Assembly: GCA_030295235.1 (NCBI GenBank)
Contig: AP026154.1
Span: 248,001-312,000, forward strand
Reading direction: 5' to 3'
Source: Fistulifera solaris
Taxonomy: Eukaryota
DNA: 64,000 bases
Position 1 is the stretch's first letter, and each line of letters starts with the position of its first letter. Shown piece after piece: positions 13,460 through 24,018 of the stretch. Below the pieces are notes generated by a model, which saw nothing but the letters and a program-made list of their open reading frames with translations, ran no database searches and had not been told where the DNA came from. Made by a program: the position numbers and the translations under genes.

Positions 13460-14625
13460 GACGATTGAGGACGAATCTTCTCTCAGTGACGAAAGAGTAC
13501 TATTGGCCGAGCTTGATGTGGTTTCCCTCTTTCGCTTTCGTATGCATCTATTCATAGCAGTGTAATATAAAGATTCTAAGACAAAACGAAGAGTTTGTGC
13601 CTCGAGTTTTTCCGATCAAACCGAAAAAAGCACCCATGTCATTCTTCATGTTGAAGCGTCGTCGTTTGGCTCGATTGCCTGTCCGTAGTCCGAAAGCAAA
13701 AGTCTTCCACATTCATGACCGAAACCAGTAGTCGTGGAGTCCCGCCTTCCTTCACTGGAGGAGGGTCGTCGTCTAATGTAAAACTCAAATTCGAAATACG
13801 TGATAGAATCAAATGGAGTTTCTCATTGAAATCATCTTTATCCATATCGTGCTCTTCCCTTTAGACTGGTTTTGTCGACAGAAATATAATGAACACGCAT
13901 TTTGGGCATCCATTCGATGAAAACGGTGTATCACTCATGGCTGAAAACCAGTCGTGGCAAAATTGAGCCAACACTTCAAGCTATAGTAAATTAAAAATGA
14001 ACGCCAAGGCATTAAAAAATTACTAGTAAAGAATCATTCAGCTGCTGTCTTTCAATTTGCTTCACTATTTATTTACATCAAGTTGTGTCTGCAGGGCAGC
14101 TTCACATCTATCAGCAGATTGGAAGGTTGGGAAAGAAAGTCATAGTCGTGTCAGTTAAATTTTCTTACAATAAAGCTTCTAGTGATCAGCAAAAATATCT
14201 ACAGTTTTACGTTAGTAATACGCAGTTGAACACAATAATATGGTCGTTTTGTAAGCCATCACAACATGCAATGCGTTTGGAGGACGCTCCTGTAATTTAC
14301 GGTATTTATCGTGCAACTGAGGTCACTTTACCATCTTCCATTCGATGACACGTCACGAAGATTAACTCGAGGAGCCGTTTTGTGACTTCACGTGCAAAAC
14401 TGCGCCGTCATGCATATTTAACTTTTCCAATCCCACCCGTACTTGTTGTGCCAAATGCTATTGTTGTTCATTTGGTCGCTGTCTCTCTAGTTCATGAATC
14501 AATGCCAAAGCTGACATTGTCCAAAGCTGACGTTTCCCCCATAAAAACCATTGCTGGTTGTGTACAAAAGAGTTGAATTCTGATTGATAGTAGGGATGGG
14601 AGACGCCATGCGCTTCTTTAAAGAA

Positions 14626-17261
14626 TTAAGTCGCGCCCGCGAAGTCAAACTTCCAAATCAGATGGGCATATAAGTAGCATAGAAGCAGCAACAGAAGCGA
14701 TTGGAGCACGGCACGCAAAGAGATGCCGTGCTCACGACGTTCCACAATGTTGTTGGGGACGACCTTGAACAAGGATGGATGAGGCGGTCCAGATCCGAAC
14801 AAATATGCCAATGCATCGTAAGGTTCAACACGTGGTCGGATAGGTTCAATGGTAAATGCTTTAAGCTGCTTTTGGAATGCTTTCATGATACCCATTCGTG
14901 CGGCATAACGATCCGATGTATTCACCACCAACCAAGGATTGTGGTACCCGCTCACCGAAGGGTCCATTCCGGGAAGTGCGGCATAATCTGTGTTACGAAC
15001 AAATTCAGCAAATCGGCCCAAGTTTTCTTCATAGTGGTTGAATGCAACAAAATCGGTAGGATCAATATGCGCTTCGATCTCGTCGAGGCCGTTGTAGAAA
15101 CTCTCGTCTGTCGCATTTGCGCTCAGCCAAGTCCGTAAATCTCTAGCAATTTTCTTGTGGGCTAATCGCTTCCCAAGTGTTTTGGCAATACTGTCGCGGT
15201 CCGTTACAAAAACATTTTACAAAGCAATACACTCTCATTCCGACAATTGTAATCGTACTGACGGAACTCCTCGTATCTTTTCAGTTTCTCTTCTGTCGAT
15301 AACTTGTGCAAGCCCCCATACACAAAATCGCCAGCAGGACCGCGATCCCAGACCACACTAGCGTGACGGGGAACTTGATCTGAATTCCGATACAAGTCGT
15401 CAGGATATTGGAACCGCCCTCGATCCATCCATGGCCTCAGCTGCTGCTCCGGCGTGGGTGGGCGATTGTGTTGCGCTATTTCGACTGAATAGGAGCACCT
15501 CTGGAGAGCATCGCTGATCAGCATTCCGGTAGAAGACTTTCCAGAGCAATCGAGACCTTCCAAATAGAGAATCACTCTGGGCGGTGCCTGATTCATGGCT
15601 TGGTACTGGGCAACAACGGAAGCCATTCTTTCTACTTCTGCATTTATGGATTTCCAGATTCCATTATCCTTTCTCTGTTTTTGCGGACGTCTTCCCGTTC
15701 GAAGAAATGCTTTCAGGCTTTTCAAATCCACAGGGGGCGTCGCTACTTTCGTGTCTTGCATATTGCGCTTGTGCGCAGGCAGTAAGGCTGTTCCCATGAT
15801 GCGACACGCGTTCGAATAATTCTCCAGCTCGTGATCGTAGCGGACTTTGAGTGCAGCCCATTCCTGGGCCTGGAAATATGCCCCTGAGTATGTATATCCA
15901 CAGACGTGACAAAGGCGTGGCTTAGATGCTTGTCGAATGCAATTTCCCGTTAAATTATTCGTTCCTCCAATATGCTGTTCCAAAACGATGAAACGGGGTA
16001 GCTCGTCCAGGATGGAGGGACCATAGGGCGTCACATGCAGCATTACAACGGAACCAATGCGCTGCATTTTATAAGCAGCATACCCGCCACTTCCAGCTCC
16101 AACCACATGAAAGCCAACGTCCGCTAACTGCTTTCTGGTAACACTCGGGTCTTTGCCGTGCCCGATCGCAACTGCTACCTCTCTCGCAAGTCGTAACAAT
16201 TCCGGGTCCAAGTCAGTGTCTTGGTAGACACTAGCACGTTCATGAAATGTCATGATACTCTGTACTGGTTGCCATCGATAGTTGGCGTACTTGAAGGTAT
16301 TGTAGGTCAGTTGTCGACCAAAGCGTGAGCCTTGAAAGGACATGGCGAACGGTAGAATAGCACGTAGCACACCAAACAGTACAATGACCGGACGCGATTG
16401 CTGCTCGAGATGGGGCGCCAGAAAAGCCCCCGAAAGCGGGAGCGCCACATGTTTGGCCGTCCAGTCTGTCGCGTTTCGTGACCAATAACGAAAACATCGG
16501 TTCCCCATTAAGGCACTGCCAAAACGCATTCATTAGATTCCATCAAAAAACATTTTTTTTTGTAAAAACAGCAAGGAGAAGCACTCACCATGCCTCCGCA
16601 AGACCGACTTCGTAGAATCGATTGTCAACCCGCGCCTCCCAGGCCCGCGCCATCGCGAGCACCAATCGAATTGTCCGAGTAAACACCTGCACTTCCGCCA
16701 AGAAGAGTTGAATCGGTCCTCCTCGACCCAGTTGCTTTACCATGCGGACAGCTTGTTTCATTTGGCGTCGTTTTTCGACATCCCATTCCGTCATGAGTTC
16801 CCAAGACTTTTGACACAACACCGTCGTCCCCGCCAATCGGACCAGCAATCGAGACGTTTTCCACCAGTGCCTCTGTAAGATTGTTTCGAAGAAAGAAAGG
16901 AAGAAAGAAAGTAAGTAATTAGTAAGGAGATTGCGGAACGGCACAATCCAGTCAAGCATCCTTTACACAAACTGCTCTCTTTTTACTTACAAATTGATTA
17001 AGTATGTCAATGTAGTATAGACGATGTCGTTTGCCTCTGACTTCTGGCGGTAAACGAGGGGATGTTCGAGGATGCTCATGCGAAGAATGATGCTGTTTCA
17101 TGAAGAGTGCGTAAATGATGTTGATGATCTGTTATAGGATCTGTCGAATACTGCGGAGCGTCTTCGCCGATCAGCTTTTGTCGTTCTTCCGAAGTGCTTT
17201 CATGGCCCACAAAGGAGGGAAGAAACTCACGGGAAGGCTTATCGGTAAGAAGCAAAGACAT
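14626..17261 (-). CDS. polyphosphate kinase 2 (PPK2) domain protein with long N-terminal region and C-terminal hydrophobic helix
   Basis: Walker A ILYLEGLDCSGKSST, PPTPEQQLRPWMDR, Walker B-like VVWDRG and C-terminal PWLVVNTSDRYAAR. Introns at about 16516-16588 and 16872-16990. Homopolymer frameshifts at 15208-15212 and 17096-17098. The 5' exon structure is less certain. Confidence 0.8.
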
Positions 17262-17689
17262 GATTTAAATGCTTATTACTTGCTGTAGAAGATAGTTTGG
17301 ATTCCGATGCTCTTTTCATGAACTTTTTCAAAGGATCGGATTCTGTGCTCATGATGCGAGATGCGAAGGAATGGAATAATGACATGCGATGATGACTTTA
17401 CTGACACAACTGCTTTATCTTGTACAGTCAATCTTATATCTTAATACAGTCAAGAAATCAGGGTTTGAAGTTGTTCTCTTCCTAATACAAAAGAAAATCT
17501 TCAGTAATGATTAGATGAGTAATCCTCTGGACCGGTTCTAAATATGATGGCTAAGTAAAAGTGTACTCGAGGATTGCAAAACATGCTGCCACAAAATTCT
17601 TCGTCCCCATTGTCGATCAAGTCATTCCGAAAGAAAGCATTGTCATTTTCACTTACAAGTTTCCTCATTACTTATTCAATCTCAACTTA

Positions 17690-19113
17690 ATGAATCATCA
17701 AAACGATAAAACACCCGAAAAGAGTAGGGTGATATCACCAGATATTACCGAATCCGTTATTTTTTCATCTTCGGATAGCATCGATGCGCACGACGAAGCA
17801 CGTCCTCTGTCGAAACGAAAGATTCATCACACCTATTCTACAAGCGCGAAAAATGTTTTCGATTCGTTCGAAAAGACTCGATTCAAGGACATCATTGGAC
17901 ACGGCGCAGTCAAGTTGCGATTGGATGAATTGTTGTTGCCTCTCGCCCTGCCCGAACGCATCACGCAGACCGTGTTGAAAGGGATTCGTGCACTGCCAGC
18001 TTCGATCCTTTTGTATGGACCACCCGGATGTGGAAAAGTGAGTATTCAGCAAACGAATTGTGTGTGAAGTGATACGATTAATCGATGTATCTTATCTCAT
18101 TTGATTTCCCTCACTAACATTTCTTTCTGTGTGTGTAACGAACAAAGACTCAACTAGCTAGAGCCATTGCGGGAGAAGCTCGTGCTGCTTTTTATACCAT
18201 TGCGCCGAGCGATGTAATGAGTAAATTCGTAGGAGAATCGGAAGCCGCAATTCGTGACATTTTCCGCAAAGCCTTGTCACAGGCCGAGCACATAGAGTCG
18301 AAATGTGCCGTCATTTTCTGGGATGAAATTGATGCGCTTGGTCGAGCAAGGCGTAGTAGTCACGAAGAAAGTGGCGGTGATGACTCCTCTCGACGAATTT
18401 TAGCGGAATTACTCATGGAGCTCAACAAACTATCAGAGAACAACACGGTACAGCGTGAAAATGGCGGCGACCAGAAGGATAACTCGGTGATCAACGACCA
18501 CCATCAATCCTTCTCCCAGGAAAAAGACGGTAAGCAAAACGCAAATCAAAGCAACCTGGATCTGGAGACTATACGCAGTCCGCGTCTATTGATTGTAGCG
18601 GCCACTAATCGACCGGAAGATTGTGATCCAGCACTCTTGCGACGCTTCGGTATTCGCTGTTTTGTGGGGCCTCCTTCACACAAACACCGCCGTACGATGC
18701 TACAACGAGCGCTAGAAGGTGTTTCGCACACATTACAAGCTTCCGATTTCTATTTGCTGGCCAATTTGACCGACAAGTGGTCGGGTTGCGATTTGCAAAA
18801 CATGGCCCGTGAAGCGGCCATGGCACCCGTGCGCGAATGTATTCGAGCTGCCGTTCTTCGACGAAAGCAAGCCGCACAGCAACAAACGAATGGTACCACA
18901 ATACTAGGTACAAGTTGTCGCCCGGACCAAGAGGCTCACCAGATGATGATGGAAGGCATACTAAACCTTCGACCCATCACGTTGCAGGATTTTGCATTCG
19001 CCATTGATTTTGTTTTAATGAATCAAAACGACGTCCCATCAAGAGAAACCCATTACGATAGTTCGAGTGATGAAGAGGAGAACGATGTCGACGACGAAGA
19101 GGAAGCGGTGTAA
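17690..19113 (+). CDS. meiotic-clade AAA+ ATPase (katanin/spastin/fidgetin/VPS4-like)
   Basis: Walker A GPPGCGK|T split by intron 18038-18147; pore loop MSKFVGESE; Walker B IFWDEID; SRH AATNRPEDCDPALLRRF. Confidence 0.9.
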
Positions 19114-19237
19114 ATGCTCACACCAACAGAGAAAAGAATCACGTAATTGTAGATTGTAACTTGGCTTTGATAATTACACTTGGACTCTCTCTATCCTAAC
19201 TCTAAAAAAGGCAGTTTCTTTCGAAAGCCGGCTGACT

Positions 19238-21115
19238 CTACATCATACCGCCCATTCCACCCATGCCGCCCATTCCTCCCATGGGTGGGCCTCCACCACT
19301 GGGCTCTGGATTGTCCACAATCATACTCTCCGAGGTAGTCAATAGACCTGCCACAGAGGAAGCATCAACGATAGCCGTACGTGTGACTTTGGTGGGATCA
19401 ATGATACCTTGTTCGACCATGTCGCAGTACACGCCATTTTGGGCATCAAAACCGAACGTGACGGGAACGTCAGCTTTGGTCAATTCACCACAAACAACAG
19501 CGCCTTCGTGGCCAGCATTCTTCGCAATTTGCGAAATTGGTGCTCGGAGCGCGCGCATGATAATTTCGACACCAATCTTTTGATCCATATTGGTAGCCTT
19601 ATCGGCAACTTCCTGCAACTTGGTCGAGCAGTAAAGAAGCGCCTTACCACCACCAGGCACGATACCTTCCTCCACAGCAGCCTGAGTAGCATTCAAGGCA
19701 TCAATGACACGATCTTTCTTTTCCTGTACTTCAACATCGGACGCACCACCGACATGAATGACAGCCACACCACCGCCGATCTTGGCCAGTCGCTCTTGCA
19801 GCTTTTCGCGCTCGTAATCACTCTTGGTAGTTTCGATGGAATGACGGATAAGTTCACAACGCTCCTCAATCACGGCCTTGTCACCGGCACCATCTAGAAC
19901 AATGGTGTCATTCTTGGTGATGGTAACCTTTTGCATTTGCCCAAATGTTGGGGCTGGACTTCTTCCAATTTCATGCCCATCTCTTCCGAAATGACGGTAC
20001 CGCCCGTAAGAATGGCCAGGTCTTGCATGGTGGCTTTGCGGTTGTCCCCAAATCCAGGTGCCTTAACGGCACATACTTTAATGCCCGCACGGAGTTTGTT
20101 AACGACCAAAGTCGCCAAAGCTTCGCTTTCGACGTCTTCGGCAACAATGAGGAGGGACGCCTGACTCTTAATAACCTGTTCCAAAAGAGGCACCAGTTGC
20201 TGCAGATTACTGACTTTCTTTTCCACGAGCAAGATGTAAGGGTTCTCCAACTCGCAGACTTGTGTCTTGGCATCGGTAATGAAATACGGGCTAATGAAAC
20301 CCCGATCAAACTTCATTCCCTCCACAACTTCCAATACATTCTCGAGCGTCTTGCCGTCTTGTACGGTAATGACACCTTCCTTTCCGACTCGTTCCATGGC
20401 ATCGGACAGGAGATCACCAATTTCCTTATCCGAGTTGGCACTGATCGTACCCACTTGACTGATTTCTTCCTTGGTACTAATGGGTCGACTGATTTCTTCC
20501 AACGTCTTGACGACCGTTTGCACGGCCAAGTTAATACCACGATACAGATCCAACGGATTCAATCCGGCCGCCACCGACTTGCAACCTTCCGAATAAATGG
20601 CCCTAGCGAGTACGGTGGCCGTAGTAGTTCCGTCTCCGGCAATGTCGTTGGTTTTGGATGCGACGCTCTTGATGAGTTGAGCACCCATGTCCTCGAATTT
20701 GTCTTCAAAATCAATCGCCTTGGCGACAGTGACGCCGTCTTTGGTGATTTTGGGTGGACCGTATGGTTGTTGAATGATGGCATTGCGTCCTTTCGGACCG
20801 AGTGTGACCTAAAGGGAAAAGAAATTGCCATGTAAGAGAGGGAGGATCAGGAACGTCAAAACACGAAAAGGTCGAAATCCAGATTTACAAGAGAAACAAA
20901 GATCCAAATTCCCTCTTGTACGACCGCTACGTAGCAATTCTGCGTACATAAGGAATCTCGAATTCACGATTCCTTACCTGGACCGCATCGGCCAACACAT
21001 CCACACCGCGCAACATGGCGGCACGCCCTTCCACGCCAAATTTGATCTCCTTGGCAAAGCCACGAGAAATAATTCGTGCCTTGCGTGTTTGATGACGAAG
21101 AGTAGAAGTCAACAT
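19238..21115 (-). CDS. HSP60: mitochondrial chaperonin 60
   Basis: Presequence then [27 protein letters not shown] and a GGM tail. Intron 20809-20977. One-base frameshift at 19929-19932. Confidence 0.97.
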
Positions 21116-21162
21116 GATGTTCGGGTAAATGAAAGAGAAAATGGATGGATCAGCAACCCAAC

Positions 21163-21190
21163 GAATGAATGAATGAATGAATGAATGAAT
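21163..21190. repeat. (GAAT)7 microsatellite just upstream of HSP60
   Basis: Seen directly. Confidence 0.95.
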
Positions 21191-21530
21191 GAAAAGTAGA
21201 ATGGTTGAAATAAAAAATTGCGCGAAAGATGGAATGCGAACAAAAACGAACGAACGGTGTACGATCCTCGAGGAAGTTCCACGTCATCACTCGAGGGTTG
21301 TGCGTCACTCAAACGATTGACTGCCTGACGTGACTCGTCGTGGCTTCGTAACGGTACTTAACCGGTACCCACGGAGAACGAGAAAGAAGAACACGAAACA
21401 GCGAAACACACTCGGATTAACAAATAATCAAGCAGAGCGCCCTTTTCAGATTCCAAGTCCAGAGTCGTTGAATGAAAGTTCGTATTCCATTATTATTCTT
21501 GCATTTACAACACAAACAAGATAAGTAAGC

Positions 21531-22124
21531 ATGATTCCGAAAAGAGCAGCGAGCGGCCTTATAAAGACGTCCCTGAAACGATCATTTCCACGTGGTACCG
21601 ATTTAAGAGTTTTGATCAGCGCAAGCGATGATTCTACTTTTGGGTTCTTCTCTACCAACTCCGGAACCTTTCGATCCGTTTCTTCTTCTTCTTCCTCCGA
21701 TTTCTCCAAAACCACAACTACCGCCGCACAAACCAAACTCCACAAATTCATTCCCCGCAAAGCGGCCGTGCAATTGACCGAATCGGCCCGTACCTTTTTT
21801 CGAACCCTCTTGCAACATCCACCCCGCCCGGACATTATCGGTATTTTACTCAGTTATCAACAGGCTGCCGATCAAGTCAAAATGATTTATCATTTTCAAT
21901 TCATCACAACAGTTCCTACTAGGGCGGAAGGGGTTTCGCTCGAGTTGTTGGAAGATGGGTCACCGAAACCGCCCGCGCAAAGTTACAATGACGGATTGCC
22001 CAAATTGTACGTGCATCCGGATGCTTTTTTGAAAGTCTTGGGGGCGACCGTGGATGTAGACTTGAAGACGAAAGAAATTAAACTGCTGGATCGGGAGGGG
22101 AATGAATTGGATCCGGATTATTAG
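21531..22124 (+). CDS. HesB/IscA-like fold protein lacking cysteines, probably mitochondrial
   Basis: AAVQLTESA and LYVHPDAFLKVLGATVD resemble A-type carrier motifs; Arg/Ser-rich N-terminus. Confidence 0.6.
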   Translation: MIPKRAASGLIKTSLKRSFPRGTDLRVLISASDDSTFGFFSTNSGTFRSVSSSSSSDFSKTTTTAAQTKLHKFIPRKAAVQLTESARTFFRTLLQHPPRPDIIGILLSYQQAADQVKMIYHFQFITTVPTRAEGVSLELLEDGSPKPPAQSYNDGLPKLYVHPDAFLKVLGATVDVDLKTKEIKLLDREGNELDPDY

Positions 22125-22240
22125 AATCTGAAGCATATTATTGCTAACCGTATACTCTAGCTCATTTTTTAACTTCTATTTTACTAACGACTACTAAAAA
22201 ACCACAATGAGAACGGATGGAAAGTGCCGCGTTCATGACC

Positions 22241-23404
22241 CTACAACTGCCCCGCTTCCGTCAGCAACGAAAGCATCAATCGTTGCACCAATTCGGCTTT
22301 CGTCCCCGTTCCAGGAATTCCTTTCGCTCGCAAAGCATCTCTCAAATCATAATATCGCATTTCTTCCAAATCCGCTTGTAGCGATTGTACAAAGTAAGGA
22401 TCCGCGTCTTTGTAGGCGGAGTAGTGCGGATTAGTGGCTAGTGTCGAATCGTGAGTTGACGGCAATGGTGCATCATTCTCACTCATCTGTGAAACCCCGC
22501 TTGTTTTTGGCTCTTCTTCACAATTCTTGTCATCTTCATCATCAAACCAATTCCGTTGACTCATATGCAACATGGGCAACACATGAATAATATCACTCGC
22601 ATTTCCTCCCGACGCCAGAAGCAAAGCCCGTTTCATACATTGCTTCGCCGCCAGCACATCCCCTACGGCATCGTAATGCAATCCCAAATAGTACCAGGCA
22701 TTCAATTTCCATAATTTTGGATCCGGTCTTTGCTGCTGTGGTGGACCCGCAATCGACCGCAATTGGGCCCGAGCGACCACGACCCTCAACGGATCCATGT
22801 TTTCAAAGGAAGCACGAAAGAGTTCGTGGGCTATTCGGACCACTTTACGTGTTTCGGATGCCAATAATTGGTCCGTTGTTTCGGCGTTGTATGGAAGTGG
22901 TGTCCAGGTGGACGGAGATGTGAAGTCATCGTCCTGCGACTGGTCCTGTTGGAAGAATCGAGACCGCAATTGACAGGCATACCACCAAATTCGTTCTTCG
23001 GTAGCCGGTTGTCCCAATTTTGTTTCATAAGTGCGTGCACATTGTGCCAATCGATCGGCCGCACTTTTCAAGTCGTGGACATAATAGAGCGCTAAACCCG
23101 CTTGCCATACGTACGCATCGGGTTTCAACGTGTAGACTTGTTGAAAGGCATCGACGGCTTCACGAACCCGCAAGAGTTTTAAATATCCCATTCCTTGTTC
23201 CGTGTATTGATAAATCATTTTTTCGTCGGGTGTCATAGATCGCAACCATTCCTGTTCGGTGTGTTGTGTATTGAGGGCATAATCCTGGGCCCCCGGAACG
23301 GCCGACGTTTGTCCGATCACCACATCCTTAGCGCGTGCCTGACGGCGTTGGGCTTCGTCTCGTCGTTCTTGATCACGGGCACTGCGTGACGTACTGAGGA
23401 GAAG

Positions 23405-23453
<49 letters not shown>

Positions 23454-23590
23454 CGGGAAGTCGAATGACGAGGAAGAAGGAGAAAGGCGTTGATTGTGGA
23501 GTGATGATGTGATAACATCGCGGCGAAGAGCCACAGGAAGAATTTGCAACAAGATGATGAATATAAATGGCACCGGAAAGCTGAAGACAT
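22241..23590 (-). CDS. TPR-like protein with C-terminal SAP domain, probably plastid-targeted
   Basis: Signal peptide plus INA-FL cleavage-type motif; poly-Thr from (GTT)16 at 23406-23453; TPR-like YVWQAGLALYY and AWYYLGLHYDAVG; SAP motif LRDALRAKGIPGTGTKAELVQRL. Confidence 0.8.
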
Positions 23591-23759
23591 GGTTGCGAGG
23601 GTATGTTACAGGCAATTAGAGTCTCAAGTGCAACAAAATTCAAGAAAACGAGTCATAAACATAAAAAGGAACGCATAGGATTGTAGTAGCATGTCCATAA
23701 ATCATCATGAAAATGAACTTTATCACTTACCGTTGCGTTCGTTGTATGGCAGGCGCTGC

Positions 23760-23876
23760 AGGAAAATCTGGAGGAGGGGTTTTTCAAGTTTCCAGAAAAT
23801 CTGGGAATGTGGTAATTTCTGGTACCCAGAAAATCTGGGAGTGTGATGTTTTCACCTTCACAGAAAATCTGGGCGG
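23760..23876 (+). repeat. degenerate 34-bp tandem array, 4 cores (CA)GAAAATCTGG
   Basis: GAAAATCTGG starts at 23762, 23795, 23829 and 23863 (spacing 33, 34, 34). Confidence 0.85.
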
Positions 23877-24018
23877 TAAACATAGGTGCAAAATATTCAC
23901 TCGTCCACATTGCGACAAAATCGCCCTCATCCAAACGACTTTAGATACTATCTTCGACAATATTAATTGACATTTTTACTTTCTTTCCCTTACCAAAATC
24001 AACAAACAACAAAAAAAA

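Noticed and set aside
13639..13845. 68-aa ORF between the carrier and PPK2 genes
   Set aside because: Short, with no recognisable motif and no supportable exon structure.
19409..20835. Long plus-strand ORFs (162 and 296 aa)
   Set aside because: Antisense shadows of HSP60.
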